Notes: generated by a model from the sequence alone, not told the origin. Shown: positions 1 through 11,245, counted from the stretch's first letter. The stretch: 64,000 nt of DNA from Bryobacterales bacterium (GCA_963817515.1 CAWFPJ010000002.1:39454-103453), one strand, 5' to 3'. Translations and numbers: made by a program.

Positions 1-392
1 ACGCCATAGGGATGCGGCGCGAAGAATTCAAGCTGACATTCGCCAACATGGGCCACGGAGCCGCGGCGCGCCGCACGCCGCCCAAGTCCGTTATGCTGCC
101 GATCAATTCGAAAGGATCGGTGGTGGGGATCAGCGAATCGTCTTTTGGCTCGCCGCGCGAATTGGGTGCAATTCTGGCGGCGGCGCCGCAATGCCAGGAA
201 TGCATGGTGAAACAGTATTTCCGCTATGCCGCCGGCCGTATGGAAACGCCGGCAGACCGTCCCGCGCTGGACCGCATTTTCCAGGATTTCAAGAATTCAA
301 ATTATCGTTTTCAAGAACTAATCTTGTCGCTGATTCGCTCGCGAGAATTTCCGGGCGAAGATAGGAGTGTACATGTCGCAAGTAATCACTAA
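1..392 (+). CDS. C-terminal fragment of a DUF1585/DUF1588-type protein, the usual upstream partner of DUF1552 proteins. The 5' end lies outside the window.
   Basis: The frame is open from the window edge to TAA at 390-392. The tail [53 protein letters not shown] resembles the DUF1585 C-terminal module. A DUF1552 gene follows and overlaps it. Confidence 0.55.
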   Translation, partial: AIGMRREEFKLTFANMGHGAAARRTPPKSVMLPINSKGSVVGISESSFGSPRELGAILAAAPQCQECMVKQYFRYAAGRMETPADRPALDRIFQDFKNSNYRFQELILSLIRSREFPGEDRSVHVASNH

Positions 393-1704
393 GCGCAACA
401 GGGTTTCCCGGCGCCGGTTCCTGCGGGGATTGACTCTATCGGGCTCCGCGATCTCGGTGGGTTTGCCGCCGCTGGTCGCCATGTTCAATTCCACCGGCAC
501 CGCATATGCTTCGCCTGCCGCGACCACAACACCTATCGAAAACCGGTTCGTGATGTGGTTCAACGGCAATGGTATTCCGGAGCGCTACTGGATTCCGGCC
601 GAGGCTGGACGCGATTTCCGCATGACGCCGTGCCTGTCGCCGCTGGCGCAATTCCGCAACGATATCCACGTCCTCAGCGGCTTGGACAATTCGGCGGCTG
701 GGCTTCCGGGCCCGGGCAACGGACACCATAATTCCATGAGCGGCCTGATGACGTGCACACGGTTTACCGGCCGTGGCGCGGGCGGGCCTTCGATCGATCA
801 GGCGATTGCCGCGAATATCGGCGGCGACTCGCGTTTCCGCTCGCTGCAGATCGGGGTCTCACAGGAATCCTTCGGAGAAAGCATTCAGCGCAACATGAGC
901 TGGTCCGGCTATGAGCGCGCGCTTCCGCCGGAGATGCTGCCCGACCGTTTGTTCGACCGCCTCTTCGGCAAGCGCGAAGAAGGATGGATCAATCGCAAAC
1001 GCAGCATTCTAGATACCGTGCGTGAAGATGCAGCGGAGCTCAAGAAAACTCTTCCGAAGGACGACCAGGTGCGAGTGGAAGAGCACCTCTCTTCCGTGCG
1101 CGACGTGGAGCGGGCGGTCACCAGCCTGCCGCCGGAGTATCGCCACATTGATCCGCCGGAATGCGAGGATATGAAGGACTGGCCGCGCATCGCCAAACTG
1201 CAGAGCGATCTGCTGGCTTATGCGCTGATCACGCGGCAGACGCGGGTTGCCTCCTATATGCTGACCAAATGCCAGGGCCTCTCGCGATTCCCCTGGCTCG
1301 GTTACACGGCGGCCCGGCATCACGACTACACGCATGCCGACGGTAAGGCTCCGGGCGCCGATGGCGTAGAGGGGCAGCGCATTCTCCGCGATATCTGCCG
1401 CTGGCACGTGGAAGAGTTTGCTTACTTCCTGAGCAAGCTGAAATCGATTCCCGAAGGCGATGGCACGCTGCTTGATCACTGCTGCATACTTTACGTGCAT
1501 GAGCACGCGGAAGCCAATCCGCACAAGAACATCGGTCATGGCGCGATTGTGGCGGGCCACGCTGGAAAGCTTGCTACCGGTATGCATTCGCAATTGACCG
1601 GCACCATCGGCGACCTGCACCTGACGTTGGCGGATGAAATTATGGGCGCGGGCGTCGGCCAATTTCCGACCGCCAGCCACAAGATTTCCGCGCTACTCGC
1701 CTGA
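373..1704 (+). CDS. DUF1552 domain-containing protein with a Tat-type signal
   Basis: AGGAG at 363-367 sits 5 nt before ATG 373; the ORF track starts at GTG 367. Twin-arginine signal [19 protein letters not shown]. The length and motifs ([22 protein letters not shown]) fit DUF1552 proteins that pair with DUF1585/1588 genes. Confidence 0.75.
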   Translation: MSQVITKRNRVSRRRFLRGLTLSGSAISVGLPPLVAMFNSTGTAYASPAATTTPIENRFVMWFNGNGIPERYWIPAEAGRDFRMTPCLSPLAQFRNDIHVLSGLDNSAAGLPGPGNGHHNSMSGLMTCTRFTGRGAGGPSIDQAIAANIGGDSRFRSLQIGVSQESFGESIQRNMSWSGYERALPPEMLPDRLFDRLFGKREEGWINRKRSILDTVREDAAELKKTLPKDDQVRVEEHLSSVRDVERAVTSLPPEYRHIDPPECEDMKDWPRIAKLQSDLLAYALITRQTRVASYMLTKCQGLSRFPWLGYTAARHHDYTHADGKAPGADGVEGQRILRDICRWHVEEFAYFLSKLKSIPEGDGTLLDHCCILYVHEHAEANPHKNIGHGAIVAGHAGKLATGMHSQLTGTIGDLHLTLADEIMGAGVGQFPTASHKISALLA

Positions 1705-1719
1705 CGCTGCGATGGCCTG

Positions 1720-3387
1720 ATGCGCTTGCTGGCCGGTTTCGCAGCATTAGCCTGCGCCGGTAGTCTGCTTGCGTACTTCGCCGCGGTCACGCCGCCGGAG
1801 CCGATCACGTTCGAAGATGTTACGGCGCGTGCGGGGGTCGATTTTGTTTTGCGAAACTCGGCCACGCCGGAGCGGCATCAGATCGAAACCATGGTGGGGG
1901 GCGTGGCGGTTTTCGATTACAATAACGACGGCCGCCCCGATCTCTACTTCGTCAACGGCGCGCGCCAACCGGCACTCGATAAGCCCGACTCCTCCTGGTT
2001 CAACCGGCTGTACCGCAACAATGGCGACGGAACATTTACCGATGTCACGCTGGCAGCCGGTGTGGCCGGTGCGGGTTTCGCGAGCGGCGTAGCGGCCGCC
2101 GATTACGACAACGATGGCTGGGAAGATCTGTTCATAGCGGGCGTCGATCGCAATATCCTGTATCGCAATCGCGGCGACGGAACTTTCGAAGACGTCACCG
2201 CGCGCGCCGGCCTGAATCCCGCGGAAGGCGGGCGCAAGCCCTGGTCGGTCTCGGCGGGCTGGTTCGACTACAACAACGACGGCCTGCTGGATTTGTTGGT
2301 GGTCAATTATTGCGTCTGGTCGCCCGAGCGCGAACCGCCGTGCACCATCGGGAAGGCGCGAACCTACTGCCATCCGAAGTATTACGCGGGCCTTCCGAAC
2401 AGCCTGTATCGCAATAACGGAGACGGCACCTTTACGGATGTCTCGGCCGCGTCCGGCATTGCGGCGCACATCGGCAAGGGGATGAGCGTGGGCTTTCTCG
2501 ACTTCGACGGCGACGGGCGGCTCGACGTGTTCATCGCCAACGACGCCGTGCCCAATTTCCTGTTCCGCAATGAGGGCAACGGGACATTCCGAGAGGTGGC
2601 GACCACCGCCGGGGTGGCGTTCAACGACGATGGCCGGGCCGTCAGTTCGATGGGAGTGGATGCGCGGGATTTGGACAACGACGGCCGTGAAGACCTGTTC
2701 GTGACGGCCAACGAAAGCGAAACCTTTCCGGTCTTCCGCAATCTGGGCAAGGCGCTTTTCGCGGACATCACCTATGCCAGCGGGGCCGGCAGCCAGACCC
2801 TGGCGTCAACCGGCTGGAGCGCGGGAGTCTTCGACTTCAACAACGACGGCGCCAAGGATCTGTTCGCGGCCTGCGGCGCGATCGACGACAATGTGGAGCA
2901 ATTCTCTCACCGGCACTCGCGGCAGCCGAATCTGGTGCTGGCCAATGCCGGCGGGCGGCGATTCGTCGACGTCAGCGCGCAAGCCGGCCGCGATTTTCAA
3001 AAGGCCGCCTGGCATCGCGGCGCGGCTTTTGGCGATCTGGACGGCGACGGGCGCGTGGACGCGGTGGTCAGCCGAATCGGGGAGCGCGCCGCGGTTTTCC
3101 GGAATACATCCACCAACCGGAATCATTACCTGGCGGTGAGACTGCGCGGCCGGCGCAGCAACCGCGACGGCATCGGCGCCATGGTGCACGTGACCGGCGC
3201 TTCGGGGCGCGAACAATGGAACCGCGTCACTACGGCGGTGGGCTACGGCTCATCGAGCGACCGCACGGCGTTCTTCGGGATGGCGCAGGATGCCGTGGGC
3301 TCTGTAGAGGTGATCTGGCCAAGCGGCGTCCGACAGGTGCAAGCCAACGTCAAGTGCGATCGCTATTGGACTCTGGAAGAGCCGTGA
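1720..3387 (+). CDS. CRTAC1 / ASPIC-UnbV family protein with FG-GAP (VCBS) repeats
   Basis: At least five repeats of D(Y/F)(N/D)NDG..DL.....N.LYRN.GDGTF.DV. The C-terminal NHYLAVRLRGRRSNRDGIGAMVHV region is typical of the UnbV_ASPIC domain. Hydrophobic N-terminal signal. Confidence 0.8.
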   Translation: MRLLAGFAALACAGSLLAYFAAVTPPEPITFEDVTARAGVDFVLRNSATPERHQIETMVGGVAVFDYNNDGRPDLYFVNGARQPALDKPDSSWFNRLYRNNGDGTFTDVTLAAGVAGAGFASGVAAADYDNDGWEDLFIAGVDRNILYRNRGDGTFEDVTARAGLNPAEGGRKPWSVSAGWFDYNNDGLLDLLVVNYCVWSPEREPPCTIGKARTYCHPKYYAGLPNSLYRNNGDGTFTDVSAASGIAAHIGKGMSVGFLDFDGDGRLDVFIANDAVPNFLFRNEGNGTFREVATTAGVAFNDDGRAVSSMGVDARDLDNDGREDLFVTANESETFPVFRNLGKALFADITYASGAGSQTLASTGWSAGVFDFNNDGAKDLFAACGAIDDNVEQFSHRHSRQPNLVLANAGGRRFVDVSAQAGRDFQKAAWHRGAAFGDLDGDGRVDAVVSRIGERAAVFRNTSTNRNHYLAVRLRGRRSNRDGIGAMVHVTGASGREQWNRVTTAVGYGSSSDRTAFFGMAQDAVGSVEVIWPSGVRQVQANVKCDRYWTLEEP

Positions 3388-4424
3388 TCATTGGACTCTT
3401 GAAGAATGATCCTTGGCGGCCCAGCCCTCGCGGCCGATGCGCAGCTCGCGTTCGCCTTCTTCGGCGCGTCCCAGCCGAAGGTAGGCTTTGCCGAGCAGCA
3501 TGCGCACGGTCCACGCCGCGGGATCGAGTTCGACCGCCTTTTGGAGCCGCGGAAGGGCGTCCTGCGGGCGGTCGAGATCGAGCAGCGCGCGGCCCAGTTC
3601 GGCATTCGCCTGGGGCGAAGTTGGGAACGCGGCGAGCGCTTGCTGAAGCGGTTCCAGGGCTTCCGCGGCGCGTCCGTGGCGCGCCAGGAAGGCTCCATAA
3701 TCCAGGCGCGGGTCCTCGCGCGAGCGCTCGCGCGGCGTTCGCGATAAGGATAAAGCGAATCGCGGCGCGGAAGTGGCTCTCGGCATCCGCGGCGCTGCCC
3801 AGCCGGTCGAAATTCAGTGCAGCGGCGCGATTGATTTTGGCCTGATCCGCGGCGGGGGCTTTGCGCAGAGCCGTTTCGAGCGGCTTTACGGCTTCGTCAT
3901 AGCGCGCCTGCAGGAAGAGCGCGCGGCCCTGCGAGGTAGCAGGCATCTGGGTCGCCGGATGCCAGTTCGCAGGCTTGCCGAAGGGGCTCAACCGCGGCCG
4001 CGAAATCGTCGAGTCCGAGCAGCACCAGCCCCAGCGCCTTCCACACGTCAGGTTCCGCCGGCGAAAGCGCCGCGGCCCGGTCCAGAAATGGGCGCGCCTC
4101 GCGGAGCCGCTGCTGCCGGAAGTAAGCGAGACCCAGGCTATAGTTGGCGTTCGGATCTTCCGGCGACTGGCGTACGCGCGCTGTCAGGGCCGGAATGTCG
4201 TCAACCGCGGTCTGCTGCCCACTGGCGGATCGGCAGGCCAACGAAAATAAGGCAGAACAAACCAGGGCTGAACAAACCAGGGCCGGAAGATACCGATACA
4301 CCCGCGGAAAGTATCCTCCAGGGAAGGCGTCCATGCGGGAAGTATACTCCGGCGCGGCCGCTGCACCAAGGCCCAGCGGCTCGGCTGTCATCCACCGCAA
4401 TGAGCGCTGCTTACCAAAATACAA
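3388..4424 (-). pseudogene. TPR-repeat protein read in three frames (two apparent frameshifts)
   Basis: The N-terminus (ORF 3897-4424) has a signal-like LVCSALFSLA followed by TPR text (ANYSLGLAYFRQQRLREARPFLDRAAAL). The middle lies in the frame of ORF 3350-3991 (GRALFLQARYDEAVKPLETALRKAP). The C-terminus is ORF 3388-3786 (ELGRALLDLDRPQDALPRLQKAVELDP). Frame changes fall near 3935 and 3750. Confidence 0.6.
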
Positions 4425-4462
4425 AGCAGCCGCTGGAAATCACAAGCAGAAAGAAACGGATG

Positions 4463-4491
4463 TTGCATCTATTTTGCTTTTCATTTACACT
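4463..4491 (+). promoter_or_regulatory. Candidate sigma70-like promoter for the TonB-dependent receptor gene
   Basis: TTGCAT (4463-4468), a 17-nt spacer, then TACACT (4486-4491), in the only AT-rich stretch upstream of the gene. AGGAGG lies 6 nt before ATG 4555. Pattern match only. Confidence 0.25.
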
Positions 4492-4554
4492 ATTGCAAAC
4501 AAATAAAAAGGGGGCGGCCGGATCGCCGGGGCAATTCCGGTATAGGAGGTTAGT

Positions 4555-7500
4555 ATGAATCGTTTCCGGCAAACTGCGCTGCTACTGCTGTGTATGAGCG
4601 CGGCGGCCTGTGCACAATCGAGCACTAGTACGGTCCATGGAAGCGTCCGCGATTCTTCGGATGCCGTAATTCCCGCAGCTTCAGTGACGCTCACCGCTAC
4701 CGCCACCGGGGTTGAGCGCAAAACCGCCGCCAACGAAGCTGGGTACTTTGCATTTCCCGGTGTGACTCCGGGACCTTACCGCATCACCGTCGAGGCGGCG
4801 GGCATGCAGCGCTTCGAAGGCACGTTGACGGTTCAGGTGCAGGTGGATGCCGAGGTCAATGCCGTCCTGAGAGTCGGACAGGCGAACACTACCGTGGAGG
4901 TCAAGGACGTGACTCCCATGGTTCAAACGGATTCGCCCACGCTCGGCCATGTGCTCGAGACGCAGCGCATTCAGGAACTCCCGGTGAACGGGCGCGGCTA
5001 TCAGAATCTGTTGGTCACCGTGCCCGCCGTGACCTGGTCGAGCCAGGGCTTCGGAATCGGCGCGCTGGTTCAGGCATACGGCTTGCGGCCCGGAACCACG
5101 ACTCTGACCTTCGACGGAGCGGCGCAGAACGAAGTGTGGGAGGGATGGGACGTGGCGCGCACGCCGGATCTTGACACCATCCAGGAGATGCAGGTGGAGA
5201 CCAATAACTCCTCGGCCAAGTTCACCCGGCCCACCACCATCGTGATGTCCAGCAAGAGCGGCACCAACCAGCTTCATGGGGGGCTCTTCTACACCAACCG
5301 CAACAGCGGTTATGGCGTAGCCCGCATGCGGCAGGACACATTTCTCAAGCCGCCCTACCTGAACCGCAACGAATGGGGCGAATCGGTGGGCGGCCCGGTC
5401 TACATTCCGAAGGTTTACAACGGCCACAACCGCACGTTCTTTTTCTTCTCCTGGGAAGACATCCGAAGCCTTCAATACACAACGTCACAACAGTCGTTTC
5501 CGACGGTCGCGATGCGGAATGGCGATTTCCGCGGCATCACGGACAGCCTGGGCCGGGCGTACAATTTTTACGATCCGTCCACTACCGGGGCTAACTATTC
5601 CAGGTCGCCTGATCAGTTGCAACGACATCGTCAACACGATTTGCCCGTCGCGGGAGAGTCCGACAGCGAAATATCTCTTCGGCATCACTCCGCTGCCCAA
5701 CCTACCTGCGGTGAATCCGCTGGTCGGGCAGAACTGGGTCGGACAGATTCCGCGCTCACTCAACCAGGAAGTGAAGACCGTCCGCATCGACCACCGGTTC
5801 TCGGGATCGGACCTGTTGTATGGGCGCTATTCCTACGGTCATCATCACGAGTCCTATCAGTCCGGCGGACCGGAAATGCTGAACGGCATTTCCGGCGTGG
5901 ACCAACGGTGGTGGCCGGATCAGAGCGCTGTCGCTGACCGAAGTACACACGTTTTCCCCGACCTTGACGAACGAACTGCTGGTCACCGGCACGCGCGATT
6001 TTCAGCGCCGCGGCTCGGGTGATTTCCAGACCAACTATGCCCAGACCCTACTGGGCCTTCCCAATCCGTTCCAGGCCGCGAACTGGCCCACCATTAATGT
6101 GGCGTCTTCCAGCACGCCGGGCTCAGACCTGACCGGTTACTCGTTTGGCGGCGAATACTTCTACCTGATCACGAATGTCTTCGTCGGCTCCAGGACAACG
6201 CCACCAAGATCAAGGGTAAACACGAATTCCAGTTCGGCTTCCAGTATCGCTATGAACTCGTCCCCAAGAGCGTGCTGCCGACGGCCGGCAGTTATGACTT
6301 CAGTACCCAGGCAACGGCGCTATACGACCCGAGCTCAACGGCCACCAGTCCGCAGGCTCTGCCTCTTACCGGCCTGGGTGTGGCCAATATGTACCTGGGC
6401 TCCATGGATTACGGTGCCACCTTCGCGCGTCCGTGGGTCTATATGACGCGGCAGGAAGATGCGCTCTACTTCCAGGACAACTGGAAGCCGTCACGCAGCG
6501 CCTGACGGTGAATCTGGGTCTGCGTTGGGAGTATCGCACGCCCGATCTCGGACCGCCAAAGCGCGTTGATGGGTTTCGACCTCAGCAAACGCGCCTATGT
6601 ATTGGGAACTTCGCTGGACGCGCTTCGAACAGTTGGGCGACACGCTTCCTTCGCTGGTCACCGCGCTGCAGGATTTCGGCGGCAGCGTGGAAACCAACCA
6701 GGATGTCGGCTTGCCGTCGACCCTGGTCTATCGCAACTTCTCGAATTTCGGACCCAGGCTGGGCTTCGCCTATCGCGCTGGGGACGGCCGCAAAGTCGTT
6801 CGTCCTTCGCGGCGGCTATCGCATCTCGTACTACACCGAGCCACTCGAAGATCGTACTTCAACACCCAGCAGAGCGGCGAACTGGTATCGGCCAACTTCC
6901 AGAACAGCGTGTCGAATACGTCTCTTTCGCCGGACGGTCTGCCGAATTATGGATTACGCAGCGTTCCGCAGTACGTCGCCGGGCCAGAATACGTCCGAGC
7001 TCCATCATCAATCTCAACGACACCCGCCTGATCACTCCCGGTTTCTCCGCGTATTTCCTGGATCCTCACCACGGCCGATCCGCGTGTGCAGGACTGGAAC
7101 TTCACCATCGAGAAAGAGATCATGGCGAATACCATCGTGCGCGCCACTTACCTGGGCAACCATGTGTCGCGCATGCTTCAGCAGATCGATTACAATGATT
7201 CCACTCCGACGTTATATCTGGTACGCGACTCAGAAGCAGCCGCTTCCGACGGGCCTGTACTCGGCGGTCGGGACCACGCCCTGGGGGAATCAGGTCTTCG
7301 GCGGCGTCTACGAGTACAGTCCGATCGGCCATTCCAACTTCAACGGCGTAAACCTTGAGTTCGAGCGCCGGTTCAGCCACGGCCTCGCGTTTCAGACGTT
7401 CTGGTCCCTGGCCAACTCGTTTACCGATGAGACCCAAGGCTCCGGCTCTACCAGTTCGATCCCGACCCTGAACGCCTATCTGCCGGGCGCTGTTCCCACG

Positions 7501-8280
7501 GATCAAGCCGCTCGCGACCAGTTCCTGAACTATCAGCGCTACACCACGGTTCCCCACCAGCAGATGCGGTATAACTTTGTGTGGGAGCTGCCGGTCGGGA
7601 AGGGGAAGGCACTGCTGGGGGGCGCTCATGGGGCTCTGGATAAACTGATCGGAGGATGGCAAGTTGCCGGCACCGGCCAGTGGAGAACCAACTACTTCAC
7701 CTTGCCGACTACGATTTACCCCACCGGAAACCAGATACAAACATACGGCTATCAGTATCCTGTACAGGACTGCCGCAGCGGCGCCTGCTATCCCGCGTAT
7801 CTGTACTTTAACGGCTACATCTCGCCGCCCCAGATCAACGAACACAACGCCGCCGGCCAGTGCATTGGCGTGTGCGGCGTGCCGGCTAACTACAAGCCGG
7901 CAGGCGCCCCGCTGCTGCCCTACGGAGCCACTTCCGCTCCCAATGCACCAGCCGGGACCAACTTGTCGTCTTACTATGACACCAACACCGTCTGGGTTCC
8001 GCTCTCTAACGGCACGGTGCAGCGCACGACTTACAACAATAACCTGTCTCCCTGGCGCAACCAGTATCTTTCCGGACCGAATCAATGGTTCCTGGACGCT
8101 TCGCTGTTCAAGTCTGTCAGGATCCGTGAGAAGGTTACGCTGCGGTTCAACATTGACTTCTTCAATGCGCTGAACAACCCGAACAATCCGATCGCTGTGA
8201 CATCCGACGGGCTGCTAAGTGTGCGCAATTCCGGCAGCCCGGCGCGGGTCACTCAGTTGTCGACGCACCTGAACTGGTAA
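4555..8280 (+). pseudogene. TonB-dependent receptor with an N-terminal carboxypeptidase-regulatory-like domain, broken by about eleven frame changes
   Basis: Signal peptide plus CarboxypepD_reg text (VHGSVRDSSDAVIPAASVTLTATATGVERKTAANEAGYFAFPGVTPGPYRITVEAAGM). Plug region (LGHVLETQRIQELPVNGRGYQNLL). Barrel end ...VTLRFNIDFFNALNN...STHLNW. Receptor-like text hops between ORFs 4555-5937, 5519-6022, 5964-6446, 6272-6505, 6433-, 6566-, 6597-, 7086- and back to 6433-8280. Frame changes fall near 5600, 5915, 6185, 6490, 6540, 6625, 6793, 6855, 6990, 7060 and 7212. Confidence 0.8.
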
Positions 8281-8293
8281 CAAGCCGTAAGTT

Positions 8294-8326
8294 GGCCGGA
8301 GCGCGCCCAGGGTTAGCGCTCCGGCC
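8294..8326 (+). terminator. Hairpin terminator candidate downstream of the receptor gene
   Basis: Perfect 11-bp stem GGCCGGAGCGC (8294-8304) / GCGCTCCGGCC (8316-8326) with an 11-nt loop, 14 nt after the stop codon. A T-run (GGTTTTTGG) appears only about 15 nt further on. Confidence 0.45.
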
Positions 8327-8549
8327 CTCATTGGATTGCGGTTTTTGGCCTTCGCTGCCCGCGCCTCTTTCAGCCGCTGCGCCCGTTCTGCGCGGCGGGA
8401 TAATCCCCTATCCTGACTTTCCCTGCTTTTCATCGGCTCCGGCTTCATATATCATTGGACGGTTTTAAACCTGGGCGAAGGAATCTGTATGGTTCCTATC
8501 GCGGGAAACCATGATCGTATTCCCGTAAAAGACAAGGAGAAACCAAAAG

Positions 8550-9737
8550 ATGAAGTCCAATTCGTTTTCCCGTCGCGGCCTCTTGATAGGAGCCGCCACC
8601 ACTCTTGCCGCCAGCCGTTTGCAAGCGGCTGACCACAGCAGCCAGCATCTGGCTATTACCGAAGATGTCTCGGGAGAAGCCGGGACAGCGCCACCGTATG
8701 CCTATGTCGGCTGCTACACTGGCGGGTCCAACGCACGCGGGATTAGCGTGTTCCACTATGACGCAACTACCAATGCCCTGAACCTGGTCGGTATCGTGGC
8801 GCCGGTCACCAGCCCGTCCTTCATCGCTCTGGACGCGACCAAGAAGTTTCTCTATTCCGGAAATGAGTCCGGCGCGGGCAGCGCATCCGCCTTCAGCGTG
8901 AATCCAAATACCGGCGCATTGCGGTTCCTCAATTCGGTGGGTGCAGGCGGCCAGCCGGCGCATGTAGCCATTCACCCCGGCGGAAAGCATCTGCTGACAG
9001 CCAATTATACCGGCGGGACGGTGGCGGTATTCCCGATTCAGGCGGACGGATCGCTGGGCACCACACCCCAGATCATCTCGCATTTCGGCGAACTCGGGCC
9101 CAACACCGGCCGTCAGGAGGCTCCCCATCCGCACATGGTGTTGCCAGACACGACCGGCAAATATGTCCTGGTTAACGATCTCGGCCTGGATGCGACAATT
9201 GTCTATTCCTTCGATGCCGGGGTGGGAAGATTGACCGAGGTGAGCCGCACCGCGGCGCCAGCCGGTTCCGGCCCCCGGCACCTGGCGTGGCATCCCAACG
9301 GCAGGGTTGTCTACTCGATCAATGAACTCTTGAATACGATCAATGTGTATATGTGGGACGGCAACGGCAACCTGACTCCGCTGCAACTAAGCGTGAGCAC
9401 GCTGCCCAACGGATTCCTGGGCACCAGCGGCGCCGGTGAGATCCTGGTGGACGCGGCTGGCAGGTTCCTGTACGGCTCAAACCGGGGCAACGATAACATT
9501 GTGATCTGCTCAATCGATCCGGGAAATTATCAACTGAGCGTGATCGGCTGGGTTCACACGCAGGGCCGCACGCCGCGGCATTTCAATTTCGATCCAAGCG
9601 GCAACTTCATCCACGTTGCCAACCAGGATTCGGCGAATATCGTAACCTTCAGGGTAGACAAGGGAAGCGGCATGCTGGCGGCGGCGGGACTTTACGCATC
9701 TACTCCAGCGCCAGCCTGCATCCAGTTTACTTCTTAG
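8550..9737 (+). CDS. Lactonase, 7-bladed beta-propeller family (6-phosphogluconolactonase-like), Tat-exported
   Basis: AAGGAGA lies upstream of ATG 8550. Tat signal SRRGLLIGAATTLAASRLQA. Repeated propeller text (YVGCYTGG, PSFIALD, PAHVAIHPGGKHLLTANY, PHPHMVLPD, GPRHLAWHPNG, PRHFNFDPSGNFIHVANQ). Confidence 0.8.
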   Translation: MKSNSFSRRGLLIGAATTLAASRLQAADHSSQHLAITEDVSGEAGTAPPYAYVGCYTGGSNARGISVFHYDATTNALNLVGIVAPVTSPSFIALDATKKFLYSGNESGAGSASAFSVNPNTGALRFLNSVGAGGQPAHVAIHPGGKHLLTANYTGGTVAVFPIQADGSLGTTPQIISHFGELGPNTGRQEAPHPHMVLPDTTGKYVLVNDLGLDATIVYSFDAGVGRLTEVSRTAAPAGSGPRHLAWHPNGRVVYSINELLNTINVYMWDGNGNLTPLQLSVSTLPNGFLGTSGAGEILVDAAGRFLYGSNRGNDNIVICSIDPGNYQLSVIGWVHTQGRTPRHFNFDPSGNFIHVANQDSANIVTFRVDKGSGMLAAAGLYASTPAPACIQFTS

Positions 9738-9747
9738 TTGGAGCCTC

Positions 9748-9781
9748 GGCCGGCGGCGTTGGGATTCCAATGCCGCCGGCC
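9748..9781. terminator. Strong hairpin between convergent genes (bidirectional terminator candidate)
   Basis: GGCCGGCGGC (9748-9757) pairs perfectly with GCCGCCGGCC (9772-9781). The 14-nt loop can extend the stem through TTGG/CCAA. It lies between the stops at 9737 (+) and 9812 (-). Confidence 0.5.
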
Positions 9782-9811
9782 ATTATACGTTTGGCGTTTG
9801 TCCGCGCGAGC

Positions 9812-11233
9812 CTACGCGAGGATTCCTTTGATCACCTCTCCCTGGATTTGGGTGAGGCGTTCTTTGCGGCCCAGGTGCAGGTAGCTGAGAGCGTCCTGGT
9901 TCAAGCCCAACTGGTGCAGAATCGTGGTGTGGAGGTCGCGGAAGTGCACGGGCTTATCAACAGCTTTCATTCCGATTTCGTCGGTGGCGCCGTAGACGAT
10001 ACCGCCTTGAATGCCGCCGCCCGCCATGAGAGTGGTGAACCCCAGATTATGGTGATCCCGGCCCTGGCTGCCCTGGGATTCCGGAGAGCGCCCAAATTCG
10101 GCTCCGATCATGACCAGCGTTGAATCGAGGAGTCCCCGCCGCTTCAGGTCTTTCAACAGCGCCGCCATCGGCTGGTCTGTTTCAGCAGCCTTGCGGAGAT
10201 GGTTTTCTTCGATGTTCTCATGGGCGTCCCACTGCATATTCCCGGGCCCGCCGCCGGAGACCGGGCAGACAAAGCGTACGCCATTTTCGATTAATCGGCG
10301 GGAGAGCAGGCAGCGGCGGCCGTAGTCGTCCGTCGGTTGCTTGCCGATACCGTACATGTCCAGAGTCTCCTGGGACTCGGTGGAGAGGTCGAAGATCGCC
10401 GGCGCCTCGGTTTGCATTTTGAATGCAAGATCGTAGGAAGTGAGCCGCGCCGATAGTTCCGCATCCCCTGGCTTCATGTCCAGTTCGTTCAAAGTTCTCA
10501 AGCTGTCCAGCAGCTTTCGCCGGCTCTCGAGCGTGGTCCCCTTGGGCAGATCCAGGTTCAAGACGGGCCGGCCGCCCGGACGGAACATGGTGGGCTGATA
10601 CACCGATGGCAGGAAGCCGTTCGAGTACATCGGCGCGCCCCCTTCGAGGGCCCCCTTAGGATCGGGCATCACGACGTAGCCCGGCAGCGACTCGGATTCG
10701 GAGCCCAATCCGTAAAGCGTCCATGAGCCCATGCTGGGGAAGCCGGGAATGACCCTGCCGGAAAAGAGCTGGTACTGTGCCGCGGAGTGGACCACCATAT
10801 CGCCATAGCAGGAGCGGATGACCGCGATATCGTCAATGCACTGCGCCAGATTCGGGAACAGGTCGGAGACTTCGATTCCGCTCTTTCCATAGCGCTGGAA
10901 TGTCCGCCGGGTGCCCAATAGCCGCGATTCGGCGTTGACATACTGATACTGTGCGTCGCCGAATGTCGCAGGACGCTTCTGTCCATCAAGCTTGTTCAGC
11001 AGCGGCTTGGGATCGAACGTATCCACCTGGCTGGGACCGCCGGCCAGAAACAGGAATACCATCGACTTCGCCTTGGCCTTCATGTGCGGCGGCTTGGGCG
11101 CCAGCGGATTATAGGAGGCAGCGCGTGCCACCTCCTGCTGCAGCATGGCGCCGAATGCCAGCGCCCCCATACCGCAGCAGGCATCACACAGAAATTCGCG
11201 GCGGTTGCGAGTGATACGAGTATGTTCCGGCAT
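9812..11233 (-). CDS. DUF1501 domain-containing protein (sulfatase-fold, Tat signal)
   Basis: N-terminal NRREFLCDACCGMGALAFG. The C-terminal FGRSPESQGSQGRDHHNLGFTTLMAGGGIQGG is typical of DUF1501. It is preceded in the operon by a DUF1549/DUF1553 gene. Confidence 0.85.
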   Translation of the reverse strand: MPEHTRITRNRREFLCDACCGMGALAFGAMLQQEVARAASYNPLAPKPPHMKAKAKSMVFLFLAGGPSQVDTFDPKPLLNKLDGQKRPATFGDAQYQYVNAESRLLGTRRTFQRYGKSGIEVSDLFPNLAQCIDDIAVIRSCYGDMVVHSAAQYQLFSGRVIPGFPSMGSWTLYGLGSESESLPGYVVMPDPKGALEGGAPMYSNGFLPSVYQPTMFRPGGRPVLNLDLPKGTTLESRRKLLDSLRTLNELDMKPGDAELSARLTSYDLAFKMQTEAPAIFDLSTESQETLDMYGIGKQPTDDYGRRCLLSRRLIENGVRFVCPVSGGGPGNMQWDAHENIEENHLRKAAETDQPMAALLKDLKRRGLLDSTLVMIGAEFGRSPESQGSQGRDHHNLGFTTLMAGGGIQGGIVYGATDEIGMKAVDKPVHFRDLHTTILHQLGLNQDALSYLHLGRKERLTQIQGEVIKGILA

Positions 11234-11245
11234 GATCCACTACTC

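Noticed and set aside
3216-4558. Plus-strand ORFs 3216-3845, 3406-3747 and 3773-4558 opposite the TPR gene
   Set aside because: Their text is Arg/Ala/Gly-rich with no motifs. The minus strand carries coherent TPR repeats and a signal-like N-terminus.
7120-8085. Large shadow ORFs on the strand opposite clear genes, for example 7120-8085 (-), 1009-1680 (-), 25221-26243 (-), 27103-28293 (-), 35652-36752 (+), 47140-48498 (-), 54427-55488 (-), 62174-63229 (-) and 57625-58845 (-)
   Set aside because: Their R/A/G/P-rich, motif-free translations are typical of antisense or out-of-phase frames of high-GC genes. Each is fully contained within a gene that has strong family signatures.
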